A stretch of 64,000 nucleotides of DNA from an uncultured Pseudomonadales bacterium (GCA_964398365.1 CAYNMC010000037.1:7812-71811); one strand, 5' to 3'. Positions 14,271-25,271 are shown, counted from the stretch's first letter. Notes: generated by a model not told the origin, from the letters alone. Numbers and translations: made by a program.

Positions 14271-15398
14271 ATGAGGTGTTTTAAAGCGCTAATTTTAATT
14301 TATTTGCTTTGTTTGTTTATTTTAAAGAATGAAGCTTGTGCCGTGCTGGACCCATTGGCGGTTCCCAATAACAAGGTAGGCGTCCATATTTTGGATCCCA
14401 ACGAGGTGGAAAAGGTAGCTGATTTGGTTAACGGCAATGGTGGCGACTGGGGTTATGTCACCGTGCCGTTACGGGATGATGATAAGGATCGCCTCAAATG
14501 GCAAAGATTTATGGATAATTGTCAAAGGCTTCATCTTATTCCCCTAATTCGTTTGGCGACAGTGATGACGACAATTGGCTGGGAAGAACCTAATCTCTAC
14601 CAATCTTTGGATTTTGCTAATTTTTTAGCTGATTTGAACTGGCCAACCCAAAATCGTTATGTGATTATTTATAACGAGCCAAACCATGCTCAAGAATGGG
14701 GCGGTCGGTTAGATCCGGCTGGTTATGCAAAAATTTTAAAATATTCCAGTCAAATTTTTAAAAGCCGCAGTGAAGATTTTTTTATTTTACCCGCTGGTTT
14801 GGATGCCGCCGCTCCCAATGAGAGAAACTGTTTAAATCTTTATAACTTTATTGAAGAAATGGTCAGAGCAGAACCGGACGTCTTTGAGTTTATTGACGGC
14901 TGGACCAGTCATGCCTATCCCAATCCTGGTTTTGCCGGCAGCCCGCAGGCCAGCCACGTCTCCAGTCTTGTGGGCTATCGCTATGAGCGAAATTTTCTTA
15001 AAAATTTTACCTCTAAAAATCTACCGATATTTATTACAGAAACTGGGTGGGATGAAAAGCGTTTATCTGAAGCAAAGGTAGCCAACTATTATCAAACTGC
15101 TTTTGCCGAGATTTGGCAGGAAAAAGAAATCGTAAGCGTTACTCCGTTTGTGCTTTTTGCCGCAGACGGACCTTTTAAGGCTTTTTCCTTGCTTCAAGCA
15201 GACATGCAACCAAAAATGGCTTACGAAGTGATTAAAAATATCGCCAAAGAAAAAGGGCAACCGCAGTTGACAGCGGAAAAACGTTTGGCCCAAACTTTAG
15301 GCGTTAGGCTGGTTACGGAATCTGCCTCTCAAGAAGTTTCTCTCAAATTACCTAAAGAAAAATGGCAAGCAATTTTGAAATGGCTAAAATTTAATTAA
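14271..15398 (+). CDS. secreted clan GH-A-like glycoside hydrolase
   Basis: A signal peptide is followed by IIYNEPNH (NEP acid/base motif) and IFITETGW (nucleophile Glu motif). Confidence 0.5.
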   Translation: MRCFKALILIYLLCLFILKNEACAVLDPLAVPNNKVGVHILDPNEVEKVADLVNGNGGDWGYVTVPLRDDDKDRLKWQRFMDNCQRLHLIPLIRLATVMTTIGWEEPNLYQSLDFANFLADLNWPTQNRYVIIYNEPNHAQEWGGRLDPAGYAKILKYSSQIFKSRSEDFFILPAGLDAAAPNERNCLNLYNFIEEMVRAEPDVFEFIDGWTSHAYPNPGFAGSPQASHVSSLVGYRYERNFLKNFTSKNLPIFITETGWDEKRLSEAKVANYYQTAFAEIWQEKEIVSVTPFVLFAADGPFKAFSLLQADMQPKMAYEVIKNIAKEKGQPQLTAEKRLAQTLGVRLVTESASQEVSLKLPKEKWQAILKWLKFN

Positions 15399-15782
15399 AT
15401 GAAATTAGTAATTGATAAAAAACTCCAGCAGCAGATTAAAGAAATTGTCGTGAGGAGCCGGCTGTCGCATATTGATCCCCGAAGGATTATTTGTTTTCGC
15501 AGCTTTGAAGCTAAATCCCGGGCCTATGCCCGCATTTGGGCTTTGCCCCGCATTTGGCAAATAGCCTTAAATCTTAAAGCCCATTACTGCCTTGAAGTTT
15601 TAAGTGAGCATTTTTCTCGTCTTTCAACCAGCGAACAAGTAAAGGTTTTAATTCATGAACTTCTTCACATTCCGAAAAATTTTTCTGGGGCGCTCTTGCC
15701 TCACCGTCGTCGGCAGAAAGGGGGAATTAACCAACAACACATCGAAAAAATTTTTAAACGCTATCAAGAGGCATGCTGTTGA
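15399..15782 (+). CDS. predicted small metallopeptidase (HExxH)
   Basis: 127 aa with ARIWALPRIWQIAL...VLIHELLHIPKNFSG, resembling the archaeal-type predicted metallopeptidase family. Confidence 0.55.
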   Translation: MKLVIDKKLQQQIKEIVVRSRLSHIDPRRIICFRSFEAKSRAYARIWALPRIWQIALNLKAHYCLEVLSEHFSRLSTSEQVKVLIHELLHIPKNFSGALLPHRRRQKGGINQQHIEKIFKRYQEACC

Positions 15783-16462
15783 TTCACGGAGATAATCTTT
15801 TGGCTTCGCGAAATTATCTTTTTCAGCTTTTGCGCAAAAGCAAAGAGCAAAAAGAAGAAGTACTTGTCCTTGACGGGGAAACCGTTAAACTTGAAGACTT
15901 AAAGCAAGCTTTAGAAACGCGCTCGCTTTTTGGCCAAGCAAAACTGGTAATCGTGGAAAATTTGCTTTCCCGCAAACCAGCTACGCTTAAAGAAAAGTTT
16001 ATAAATTATTTTTCTAGTCTAAAACCCTCTTCGTCTTTGATTTTATGGGAAGAAAAAATTATCCCGGCATCGCTTTTGAAAAAAATAGGAACTTTATTTA
16101 CCGTTAAACTTTTTAAAATTCCCCCCTTGATTTTTCAGTTTCTTGACGCGCTTTGTCCGGGCAACCAAAGCATGATGCTCCAAAAACTTCATCAACTTAA
16201 ATCAGAACCGCCGGAATTAATTTTTTACCTGCTGGTTCGACGTATGAGTCAATTGATTCTTGGTCGGAGTCTTGGGCAAAGCGCTTTTGTTGGTTTGGCA
16301 CCTTGGCAGCGGGCAAAGTTATTGGCACAAAGTCAAAAATTTAAACTTGAGCAATTAACCAGTTTTTATCAAAAATTACTAAGCGTCGAGAAAAGGGTAA
16401 AAACAGGACAAACTTTAAGAAGTTTGCTTTGCCATCTTGATTTTTTGCTTGCAGAACTATAA
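15773..16462 (+). CDS. holA: DNA polymerase III delta subunit-like
   Basis: LIHGDNLLASRNYLFQLL...LKQALETRSLFGQAKLVIVENLL matches the HolA N-terminal pattern. At 229 aa it is short. Confidence 0.55.
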   Translation: MLLIHGDNLLASRNYLFQLLRKSKEQKEEVLVLDGETVKLEDLKQALETRSLFGQAKLVIVENLLSRKPATLKEKFINYFSSLKPSSSLILWEEKIIPASLLKKIGTLFTVKLFKIPPLIFQFLDALCPGNQSMMLQKLHQLKSEPPELIFYLLVRRMSQLILGRSLGQSAFVGLAPWQRAKLLAQSQKFKLEQLTSFYQKLLSVEKRVKTGQTLRSLLCHLDFLLAEL

Positions 16463-16495
16463 GATTAATGCTGTAAAGGTAATTTGAAGAAATTT

Positions 16496-17914
16496 ATGTT
16501 TAAGCTTTCTTTTAATATCTTTCGGGGTTATGATATTAGGGGTAAGGTACCGGAAGAGCTCAACGAAACAGCCGTTCGTTTAATTGCCAAGGCTTACCTG
16601 ACCTTTCTTTATCGCCGTCAAATTAACGAAGTGGTTTTAATGCATGACAATCGTTTATCCTCTCCCAGTTTTAAAGAAAATGTTTTGGATGAGCTGGCAA
16701 AAGGTGGGGTTAAAGTTATTGATAACGGCCTAGGATTATCCCAAATGATGTATTTTTCCCAGTATCACAATCTTTGCAAAGGCGGCGTGATGATTACGGC
16801 CTCTCATAATCCCAAAGAATATAACGGCGTGAAGCTTGCCAGCGGTTTTTCTGACACCTTAGTTACCGAAGAAATAGCAGAGTTGAAAAGTATCATCAAA
16901 AATCAGGTTTTTAAACGTTATCCGCGTTTAGGAACGCAACAAAAACAAAACCTCTTCCCCTTTTATCTTAAAGATTTAAAAAAAAGGATTGAGCTGAAGA
17001 AAAAATTTAAACTGGTTGTTGATGCTTGTAATGGGCCAGCCGGCAAATTTTTACCGCAAATTTTTCGGGAATTTAACTGCGAAGTGATTGAACAAAACTG
17101 TCGCTTGGATGGCAATTTTCCTTCGGGAACAGCCGATCCTACCGAAAAAATGGTAATGGAAAGGTTGGCCAAAAGAGTAATCGCAGAAAAAGCAGATTTG
17201 GGTTTTGCTTACGATACTGACGGCGATCGTTTGGGAATCGTTGATGAGCATGGACGTTTCGTCTGGAACGATGTTTTGGTGGCAATTTTTGCCAAAGATA
17301 TTCTAAGTTTTATGAAGGGTGCCAAAATTATTTTCAATACCTTATGTTCAAAGATTGTGCCGGAAACCATCGAAAGCGCCGGCGGCAAACCCATAATCTG
17401 GCTTACCGGTCACTCTTTCATTAAAGCCAAACTCAAGGAAGAAAGAGCACCCTTTGGCGGTGAGCTCTCCGGTCACTTCTTTTTTATGGATAACTTCTTT
17501 GGTCATGACGACGGTGCTTATACTTCCCTGCGTCTGCTTCAATTTTTGGCGCGTCGTCAAATTTCTTTGGCTCAGGCAATTGATGAGCTGCCGAAATATT
17601 ACTCCAGTCCGGAAATTAAACTTGGCCTGCCAGACGAGATTAAATTTAAATTTATTGACACCAAAATTGCCGCCGATTTAAGAAAACTCTTTGGCAAAAC
17701 CGCAAAATATTTAACCATTGACGGTATTCGCGCCGATACGCCGACAGAAATGGCCATTATCCGGGCCAGTCAAAACGGTCCTTACATGACAATTAAATTT
17801 GAAGCCAAAACCAAGGCTAAATATGAAAATTTAAGAAAGGCTATTAAGGCAATTCTTCATCGGCATCCGGAAATTGATTTCAGTTACGGGGTAAATACCC
17901 AAGAAATTGCCTAA
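16496..17914 (+). CDS. phosphomannomutase/phosphoglucomutase (alpha-D-phosphohexomutase)
   Basis: The active-site loop is ITASHNPKEYNGVK, the metal loop is GFAYDTDGDRLGIVD, and GGELSGH is present. The ATG at 16496 lies inside the track ORF that begins with TTG at 16484. Confidence 0.85.
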   Translation: MFKLSFNIFRGYDIRGKVPEELNETAVRLIAKAYLTFLYRRQINEVVLMHDNRLSSPSFKENVLDELAKGGVKVIDNGLGLSQMMYFSQYHNLCKGGVMITASHNPKEYNGVKLASGFSDTLVTEEIAELKSIIKNQVFKRYPRLGTQQKQNLFPFYLKDLKKRIELKKKFKLVVDACNGPAGKFLPQIFREFNCEVIEQNCRLDGNFPSGTADPTEKMVMERLAKRVIAEKADLGFAYDTDGDRLGIVDEHGRFVWNDVLVAIFAKDILSFMKGAKIIFNTLCSKIVPETIESAGGKPIIWLTGHSFIKAKLKEERAPFGGELSGHFFFMDNFFGHDDGAYTSLRLLQFLARRQISLAQAIDELPKYYSSPEIKLGLPDEIKFKFIDTKIAADLRKLFGKTAKYLTIDGIRADTPTEMAIIRASQNGPYMTIKFEAKTKAKYENLRKAIKAILHRHPEIDFSYGVNTQEIA

Positions 17915-18025
17915 ATATTAAAACTTAGCTTAAAACTTATTTTAAAACTTCATGCTAATTATTTTGGCGTTTGTCAGTTGCAGTAAGCAATTTCAATCAA
18001 CTAAAAAAAATTTAATTGAAACAGA

Positions 18026-18054
18026 TTGCTTGATGAAAAGCAATTGTTTAAAAT
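18026..18054 (+). promoter_or_regulatory. promoter TTGCTT-17-TAAAAT, 6 nt upstream of the ATG at 18061 (leaderless geometry)
   Basis: TTGCTT at 18026..18031, a 17-nt spacer, TAAAAT at 18049..18054, then gaaaccATG. Confidence 0.45.
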
Positions 18055-18060
18055 GAAACC

Positions 18061-19131
18061 ATGAATCAACTTGATAATCCCAACTTGCTTAAAAAACTAG
18101 ATAAAAGTCAACTTTTGGCTTCGGTCCAACAACTTGGCTTACAATGTCAGCAAACCTACCAGGAGCTAAAAAAAATTAAGTTACCATCCTCTTATCGAAA
18201 AGTGGACAAAATCGTCGTCAACGGCATGGGTGGTTCCCGTTTGGGCGCCAGAGTGGCCGAGCGGCTTTTTGCCGATAAACTTAAGCTTCCCCTTATCCCT
18301 CTTGGCAATTATCAGCTCCCGGCTTATGTTGACGAAAAAACTTTACTCATCCTCTCCAGTTATTCCGGTAATACCGAAGAAATCTTGGCGGCTTATACCG
18401 AAGCAAAAAAAAGAAAAGCTAAAATTATGATTTTAGCTCAAGGCGGTGAATTGGCTAAAATTGGCCAGGAAAACCACTATCCTGGTTATTTCAGCTTTCA
18501 GCCTAAATACAATCGTTGTGGTCAACCAAGAATGAGTTTAGGTTATCAAATTTTAGGGCAAATCCTTTTGCTCGCTGCCCTCAGACTGCTGCCGGTTTCC
18601 GAGAAAGAAATAAAAGAGTTGATTTCATTCCTTAAAGAAGTCGTAAAAAGATATGATTTTTCAGTCAGTTTTAAACAAAATTTTGCCAAACAATTAGCCC
18701 AAAAATTTTATGGCCGAATTCCCGTGCTGATTGGAGCCGAATTCGTGGTGGGTGCCCTTCATGCCTGGCGCAATCAGCTAAACGAAAACGCCAAAAATCT
18801 CGCTTATTATTTTGAAATTCCTGAACTTAATCATCATTTATTAGAAGGTTTAAGTTTTCCTAAAACCAACCCCCAAAATTTATTTTTTATTTTTTTGGAG
18901 AGCGACCTTTATCATCCTCGCAATCAAAAAAGAATCACGATTACCCAAAAAGTCCTCACAAAGTTAACTTTAAAGTACGAAAAAGTGAAATTAAGCGGTA
19001 AAAATCGCCTCAATCAGGCTTTTGAAACAATTCAGCTGGGCAGTTTTGTGAGTTTTTATTTAGCAATGCTTAACCAACTGGATCCCAGTCCCATTCCTTG
19101 GGTTGATTTTTTTAAAAAGGAACTCGCTTAA
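18061..19131 (+). CDS. bifunctional phosphoglucose/phosphomannose isomerase (SIS domain, archaeal type)
   Basis: VVNGMGGSRLGARV...LILSSYSGNTEE, with a length and layout typical of PGI/PMI. Confidence 0.7.
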   Translation: MNQLDNPNLLKKLDKSQLLASVQQLGLQCQQTYQELKKIKLPSSYRKVDKIVVNGMGGSRLGARVAERLFADKLKLPLIPLGNYQLPAYVDEKTLLILSSYSGNTEEILAAYTEAKKRKAKIMILAQGGELAKIGQENHYPGYFSFQPKYNRCGQPRMSLGYQILGQILLLAALRLLPVSEKEIKELISFLKEVVKRYDFSVSFKQNFAKQLAQKFYGRIPVLIGAEFVVGALHAWRNQLNENAKNLAYYFEIPELNHHLLEGLSFPKTNPQNLFFIFLESDLYHPRNQKRITITQKVLTKLTLKYEKVKLSGKNRLNQAFETIQLGSFVSFYLAMLNQLDPSPIPWVDFFKKELA

Positions 19132-19140
19132 ATTTTAATC

Positions 19141-21420
19141 ATGTTAAAGTATAAATTTATTAAAAATTTTCAAGAAATTAACAAAGATGATCTTCCAAGT
19201 GTAGGCGGTAAAGGTGCAAACTTAGGCGAGTTGACCGGTTGTGGTCTCCCAGTACCGCCGGGTTTTGTCTTGACCGCTCAAGCCTATTTTTATTTCCTTA
19301 AGGTTAACCAGCTTAAAGAAAAAATTGCGCAAATTTTAAAGCTAGCGGATAAGAACGACCCCAATTCTTTTCAAAGAGTTTCCCGAGCCGTTCAAAAATT
19401 GATTTTGGCCGCGCCCGTACCCAAGACGATTGCCAAAGAAGTTTTTATCGCCTACGAACAATTGGTTGGTCTTTTTAATAAAACCCCGGTGGCTGTGCGT
19501 TCTTCGGCCACGGCAGAAGATCTGCCAGGAGCTTCTTTTGCCGGCCAGCAAGCCAGTTATTTAAATGTGGTCGGTGAGGCGACTCTCCTTCAGAAAATGA
19601 AACATTGTTGGGCTTCACTTTTTACGCCGCGGGCTATTTTTTATCGCCAAGAGAAAGGTTTTAATCACCTTAAAACCGGTTTGGCCGTGATTGTTCAAAA
19701 GATGATTGAAGCTGAAGTTTCCGGCGTGATGTTTACCGCTGATCCCCTGAATCAGCAAAAACGGCTTTTGGTAATTGAAGCTATTTGGGGATTAGGCGAA
19801 TTTCTGGTTCAGGGAACAGTAACACCTGATCATTATGAAGTAGATAGGCTGACTTTAAAAATTAAAAAGAAAGTGATTGCGAAACAGTCAATAAAATTAG
19901 CAAAAAAAGCCCAGCAGACTCTTGAGGTTAAAGTGCCGGCTAAAGAACAAGAAAAACAAAAACTTCCTGACAAATTAATTCTTGAATTGAGTCGTTTGGG
20001 AAAAAAAGTTCACCAGCATTATTTTTTCCCCCAGGATATTGAATGGGCCGTAAGCAGAGGTAAAATTTATCTTCTTCAAGCTAGACCAATCACCACCTTG
20101 GTGAACCCAAAAATTCCCCCCAAAGAAGTAGTCCCAAAAACTCAACTTAAACTGCTGGTTAAAGGCGATCCGGCTTCACCGGGTATTGGCACAGGTTACG
20201 CCAGAATTATTAGTTCTGTAAAAGAGATCGGCAAACTTAAACGCGGTGAAGTTTTGGTAACCGAAATGACGACGCCGGATTTTGTGCCGGCCATGAAAAA
20301 AGTGGCCGCCATCGTTACGGATCGCGGCGGTCAAACTTCACATGCGGCAATTGTTTCCCGCGAGTTAGGTTTGCCGTGTGTCGTCGGTACAAACAAAGGA
20401 ACCAAAGTGCTTAAAACTGGCCAGGTAGTAACGGTTAACGGGAAAACAGGCGAGGTCTTTGCCGGCGGCTTTCTTAACGCTCAGGCTGGTTTTGCCAATA
20501 ATTTTTCTTATTCGCTGCCAAAAACTGGCTCCTTTCAGACGCGCACCAAACTTTATGTGAATCTAGCTGAGCCTGAACTGGCAGAAAAAGTAGCCGCTGA
20601 AGATGTTGACGGCGTGGGTTTACTGCGGGCAGAGTTTATGATTGCCGCCATTGGCACTCATCCCCGCAAGCTCATCGATGAAGGCCAAAGTCAAGTTTTT
20701 ATTGACCGGCTTACTGAAGGTTTAACTAAGTTTTGTAAGGCTTTTTATCCGCGCCCGGTAGTTTATCGGACAACTGATTTTAAGACTTCGGAATATGCCA
20801 ATCTTAAGGGAGGCAAAGCCTACGAACCCAAAGAAGCGAATCCCCTGCTTGGCTATCGAGGAGCTTTTCGTTATGTTGCCGATGAACAAGTTTTTGCCTT
20901 GGAGCTTAAAGCCATAAAATTTGTACGACACAAACTCAAATTAGATAATTTATGGTTGATGATTCCTTTTGTAAGAACGGTCAAGGAATTGAGTAAAGTT
21001 AAACAGATTATTAAAAAACACGGCTTAGAAAGAAACCATAATTTTAAACTTTGGATGATGGTTGAAATTCCGTCAAACGTAATTTTACTCGATGATTTTT
21101 TAGCGGTAGGCATTGACGGCGTTTCGATTGGCAGCAATGATTTAACCATGCTTATTTTGGGGCTGGATAGAGACAATGAAACGGTGGCTGCCGAATTTGA
21201 CGAAAGAAATGAGGCAGTTTTGTGGGCTTTAGAAAAAGTGATTAAAGGTTGTCAAAAACACCGAGTTTCAAGTTCTATTTGTGGCCAGGCTCCAAGTCAA
21301 TATCCGGATCTGGTAAAAAAATTAATTAATTGGGGAATTACCAGCATTTCGGTAAATCCCGACGTGCTTAGCTATGGAAGAAAAATGATTTACGAAGCTG
21401 AGAAAAATCTGTTTAAATAA
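19141..21420 (+). CDS. ppsA: phosphoenolpyruvate synthase (pyruvate, water dikinase)
   Basis: VGGKGANLGEL, the phospho-His domain GGQTSHAAIVSRELGLPCVVG, and a C-terminal PEP-utilising TIM domain. Confidence 0.9.
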   Translation: MLKYKFIKNFQEINKDDLPSVGGKGANLGELTGCGLPVPPGFVLTAQAYFYFLKVNQLKEKIAQILKLADKNDPNSFQRVSRAVQKLILAAPVPKTIAKEVFIAYEQLVGLFNKTPVAVRSSATAEDLPGASFAGQQASYLNVVGEATLLQKMKHCWASLFTPRAIFYRQEKGFNHLKTGLAVIVQKMIEAEVSGVMFTADPLNQQKRLLVIEAIWGLGEFLVQGTVTPDHYEVDRLTLKIKKKVIAKQSIKLAKKAQQTLEVKVPAKEQEKQKLPDKLILELSRLGKKVHQHYFFPQDIEWAVSRGKIYLLQARPITTLVNPKIPPKEVVPKTQLKLLVKGDPASPGIGTGYARIISSVKEIGKLKRGEVLVTEMTTPDFVPAMKKVAAIVTDRGGQTSHAAIVSRELGLPCVVGTNKGTKVLKTGQVVTVNGKTGEVFAGGFLNAQAGFANNFSYSLPKTGSFQTRTKLYVNLAEPELAEKVAAEDVDGVGLLRAEFMIAAIGTHPRKLIDEGQSQVFIDRLTEGLTKFCKAFYPRPVVYRTTDFKTSEYANLKGGKAYEPKEANPLLGYRGAFRYVADEQVFALELKAIKFVRHKLKLDNLWLMIPFVRTVKELSKVKQIIKKHGLERNHNFKLWMMVEIPSNVILLDDFLAVGIDGVSIGSNDLTMLILGLDRDNETVAAEFDERNEAVLWALEKVIKGCQKHRVSSSICGQAPSQYPDLVKKLINWGITSISVNPDVLSYGRKMIYEAEKNLFK

Positions 21421-21422
21421 AG

Positions 21423-22694
21423 ATGGCACAAATTAAACACATTACCGCTCGGGAGATTCTTGATAGTCGTGGTTTTCCGACCTTAGAAACCACGGTTTAT
21501 CTTGAGGGTGGTTATTGGGGTACGGCTTCGGTGCCTTCGGGTTCTTCTTTGGGTGGTTACGAAGCCGTGGAATTAAGAGATAAGGATATGGAGCGTTTCA
21601 AGGGTATGGGAGTTTTAAAAGCCATCGACATTATCCAGAAAACCATCACTCCTGCCCTAATCGGTCAGGAAGCCAGCTTTCAAGGTAAAATTGACGAAAT
21701 TCTTTTAAGTCTGGATGGTACAGAAAAAAAAGAAAAGTTAGGTGCCAATACCTTAATTTCCGTCTCCACCGCAGTTTTAAAGGCCAGTGCCCAATCTTTT
21801 AATCTTCCTGTCTATGCTTACTTATGGCAAAAATATAAATTAATTAAGCAACCCCTCAGATTGCCTACCCCTTGTTTTAATTTGATCAACGGCGGTAAAC
21901 ATGGCATTGGTAATTTAGATTTTCAAGAGTATCATCTGGTGCCCACCTCTCGTTTTAGTTTTAAACAGGCATTAGAAGTCGGCGTGGAGGTTTATCAGGC
22001 GCTTAAGAAAACTTTAATTTTTAGGAATTTGGTTCACTCGGTGGGTGACGATGGTGGTTTTACCCCCAACCTTTTTACCAATCTTGATGCCGTGGAAATT
22101 ATCAGAGAGGCGATTGCAGATACACGTTATAAATTTAATATTGACGTTTTTTTAGGTTTGGACGTTGCGGCCAATCAGTTTTATCAGGGAGGCAAATATT
22201 TTATTAAAGATCGCGCCCAAGCTTTTTCTCCTGAAGAATTTTTTAATTATTATCAGGACTTAACGCGCCAATATCATACTTTGCTTTTAGAAGATCCCTT
22301 TTTTGAAGACGACTGGGAAAGCTGGCAAAACATTACCGAATTGTTGGGCAAGAAAACCGTGATTGTTGGCGATGATCTTTTATGCACCAACCTTAAACGC
22401 CTGCAAAAAGCTATTAAGTTGAAAGCCTGCAATGGCGTGATTATCAAACCTTTACAGGTGGGCACGATTACGGAAATGATGGCCGTAGTTAAGGCTGCCA
22501 AAGATGCATCTTGGCAGTTGATAGTTTCCCAACGCGGCAGTGAAACCAACGATGATTTTATTGCTGATTTAGCCATGGGTATCGGTGCCCAGTTTACAAA
22601 ATTTGGTGCGCCGGCTAGAGGCGAACGAGTAAGTAAATATAATCGACTTTTAGCGATTGAAGCAGAAATTCAACGCAGACCACCACAATTATGA
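21423..22694 (+). CDS. eno: enolase
   Basis: ITAREILDSRGFPTLETTVYLEGG...SQRGSETNDDFIADLA. Confidence 0.95.
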   Translation: MAQIKHITAREILDSRGFPTLETTVYLEGGYWGTASVPSGSSLGGYEAVELRDKDMERFKGMGVLKAIDIIQKTITPALIGQEASFQGKIDEILLSLDGTEKKEKLGANTLISVSTAVLKASAQSFNLPVYAYLWQKYKLIKQPLRLPTPCFNLINGGKHGIGNLDFQEYHLVPTSRFSFKQALEVGVEVYQALKKTLIFRNLVHSVGDDGGFTPNLFTNLDAVEIIREAIADTRYKFNIDVFLGLDVAANQFYQGGKYFIKDRAQAFSPEEFFNYYQDLTRQYHTLLLEDPFFEDDWESWQNITELLGKKTVIVGDDLLCTNLKRLQKAIKLKACNGVIIKPLQVGTITEMMAVVKAAKDASWQLIVSQRGSETNDDFIADLAMGIGAQFTKFGAPARGERVSKYNRLLAIEAEIQRRPPQL

Positions 22695-24328
22695 ATCAGT
22701 CTTCCCCTTTATTGGTATTGCTTGTTTTGGATGGTTGGGGAATAGCTCCTGCTGGGCCCGGGAATGCGATTGCCTTGGCACATAAACCCAATCTCGATTA
22801 TTTTTGGCAGAAATATCCCCATACCCAGCTGGCAGCCGCCGGTGAGGCGGTTGGTTTGCCCAAAGGCTGTGAGGGAAATTCTGAAACAGGTCACCTCAAT
22901 TTAGGAGCAGGGAGAATTGTTTATCAAGATTTACCCCGAATTAATTTAGCCATTGCCGATGGCTCCTTTTTTGAAAATCCTGCCTTTCTTAAAGTCTGTA
23001 ACCATGTTAAAAAGCAAGGAACGACTCTACATTTATTGGGATTGATTGGCGCCGGCGGCGTTCATGCTAACAATGAGCATCTTTTTGCGCTTTTGCAATT
23101 GGCAAAAATTCAGGGTTTAAAAAACGTTATTTTGCACCTCTTTACTGACGGTCGTGACTCACCACCAACCTCTGCCCTGATTTATATTCATGAAGTTTTA
23201 AAGAAAATAGAGGAATTTAAAGTCGGCCAAATTGGTACCCTCATGGGTCGTTACTGGGCAATGGACAGAGATAACCGCTGGAGTCGCACCGAAAAAGCCT
23301 ATCTTGCCTTAACCGAAGGCAAGGGTCATTTTGCTTATTCGGCTGAAGAAGGTTTACAGCGCGCCTACGAAGGCGGCGAAACTGACGAGTTTATTTCGCC
23401 GATTGTGATTGTTGACCAAAGTAAAATTCCGGTAGGTTTGGTAAAAAATAATGACGGCGTGATCTTTTATAATTTCCGGGTTGACCGGCCGCGCCAGTTA
23501 ACCAAAGCTTTCGTTTTAAAAAATTTTGCCGCCGAGGCCTCTAAAAGAGCCTTTGATCCTTATTTTGAAAAATATTTGGGACCGGAAGCGCGCAAACAAT
23601 GGCAAATCCAAGAGCCGGTTTTTCAACGCCGCCTTTTCCTACCGGATCTCTTTTTTGTGACGATGACCGAATATGAAAAAAATTTGCCAGTCAAAGCAGT
23701 TGCCTTTCCGCCTCAAAAATTAAACCTTCCTTTGGCCGAGGTATTTTCAGAAAAGGGCTTAAGCCAGCTCCATCTTGCCGAAACCGAAAAAGAACGCTTT
23801 GTCACCTACTATTTTAACGGTTTTCATGACCAACCTTTTCCCAAAGAAGAATGGCTGACGGTACCTTCTCAACTGGTAGTCACTTATGATTTAAAACCAG
23901 AAATGTCGGCTCGCGAACTCACCCAAGTAGCCCTCGAAAAAATCAAAAGTCAAAGTTATAATTTTATTTTGATTAACTTTGCCAATCCGGATATGGTGGC
24001 TCATACGGCTAAGCTTTCTGCCTGTATTAAAGCCATTGAGGTGGTTGATGAATGTGTAGGTAAAATTGTTGAAGCGGTGCTGGCGTTAAAGGGCACTGTT
24101 ATCATTACCGCAGATCACGGCAATGCCGAGGAACTGCTTAATCAACTTTCAGGCGAAATAGACACCCAGCATTCAGCCAATAACGTTCCCTTTATTTTGA
24201 TTAACAACTTAGCAGAAACCTACCCCTTAAATCTTCCCAAAGGTATTTTAGGCGATGTTGCGCCCACAATTTTAAAAATTTTGCGTATTCCCAAACCAGC
24301 AGTTATGACAGCCCAAAGTCTTGTATAA
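22691..24328 (+). CDS. gpmI: 2,3-bisphosphoglycerate-independent phosphoglycerate mutase
   Basis: LLVLDGWGIAP...NSETGHLNLGAGR...TADHGNAE. Confidence 0.9.
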   Translation: MNQSSPLLVLLVLDGWGIAPAGPGNAIALAHKPNLDYFWQKYPHTQLAAAGEAVGLPKGCEGNSETGHLNLGAGRIVYQDLPRINLAIADGSFFENPAFLKVCNHVKKQGTTLHLLGLIGAGGVHANNEHLFALLQLAKIQGLKNVILHLFTDGRDSPPTSALIYIHEVLKKIEEFKVGQIGTLMGRYWAMDRDNRWSRTEKAYLALTEGKGHFAYSAEEGLQRAYEGGETDEFISPIVIVDQSKIPVGLVKNNDGVIFYNFRVDRPRQLTKAFVLKNFAAEASKRAFDPYFEKYLGPEARKQWQIQEPVFQRRLFLPDLFFVTMTEYEKNLPVKAVAFPPQKLNLPLAEVFSEKGLSQLHLAETEKERFVTYYFNGFHDQPFPKEEWLTVPSQLVVTYDLKPEMSARELTQVALEKIKSQSYNFILINFANPDMVAHTAKLSACIKAIEVVDECVGKIVEAVLALKGTVIITADHGNAEELLNQLSGEIDTQHSANNVPFILINNLAETYPLNLPKGILGDVAPTILKILRIPKPAVMTAQSLV

Positions 24329-24347
24329 TAAGAAAAGATAAAAAATT

Positions 24348-25271
24348 ATGAAAATTTTGGTCATCGGCAGTGCTACCATTGATTTAATTTTTAGAGGTTC
24401 GATTTTCCGTCAACGCCGACTCAAAAATCGTTTATCTTTAGCCTATGGGGGTAAATATACTGTGGAAGAGCTTTATCAATTTTTTGGCGGTGGTGCCGCC
24501 AATGCCAGTATTTCTTTGAAAAGACAAGGACACGAAGTTTGGTTGTGGGCTAAAATCGCCACTGATACTTTTGGCAAGATGATTTATCAAAATCTGCACC
24601 AAGAAAAGGTAAACCTCGAACTGGTTGATCGCCAACTTGAAAAAAGTCCTCTTTCAGCAATTCTTTTGGATGAAGAAGGTTACCGCACGATTATTAATTA
24701 TCGTTCTTCAGCCGATCAGCTTAATTTTACAAAGAAGGTGGCAAAAATGCTAGGAAATTTTGACTGGTTGGCTTTGTTTAGTCTGCCTTATTGGCCAAAG
24801 AAAGAAAAACTGGCGGTTTTGCGGCGGGCTAAGGCATCAGGCCTTAAAATTTTTCTTTCTTTACACGGCAATGAATATCGTAAAGGTTTAAAGTGGCTGA
24901 AAGATTATTTTTCTTTATGTGATATCCTTGATTTAAACATTTATGAATTAGCAACGGTCTTAAAGAAAAAACCGGAAGTAATTGAGCCAGCCAAGGAAAA
25001 TTTTGCAAAAATTTTAGGGATCCCCATCGTCTTGGTGACCCATGATCAAAAAGGCAGTTACTTTTATTCACCAACCCTCTCTTTCTGGCAGAGTCCACTT
25101 AAGGCTAAAAGAGTCGATACTACCGGAGCAGGTGATGCTTTCTCGGCAGGTTTTTTAGGCAAATATTTAAAAACCGGTAATCCTAAAAAAGCAATGGCCT
25201 TTGCCGCTCAAAATGCCAAAGCGGAAATTGAGGTTTTGGGCGCGCAAACGGGTTTACTTTATGATCAATAA
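24348..25271 (+). CDS. PfkB-family carbohydrate kinase
   Basis: GGGAANASISL and the C-terminal DTTGAGDAFSAGFL. The substrate cannot be assigned from the sequence. Confidence 0.75.
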   Translation: MKILVIGSATIDLIFRGSIFRQRRLKNRLSLAYGGKYTVEELYQFFGGGAANASISLKRQGHEVWLWAKIATDTFGKMIYQNLHQEKVNLELVDRQLEKSPLSAILLDEEGYRTIINYRSSADQLNFTKKVAKMLGNFDWLALFSLPYWPKKEKLAVLRRAKASGLKIFLSLHGNEYRKGLKWLKDYFSLCDILDLNIYELATVLKKKPEVIEPAKENFAKILGIPIVLVTHDQKGSYFYSPTLSFWQSPLKAKRVDTTGAGDAFSAGFLGKYLKTGNPKKAMAFAAQNAKAEIEVLGAQTGLLYDQ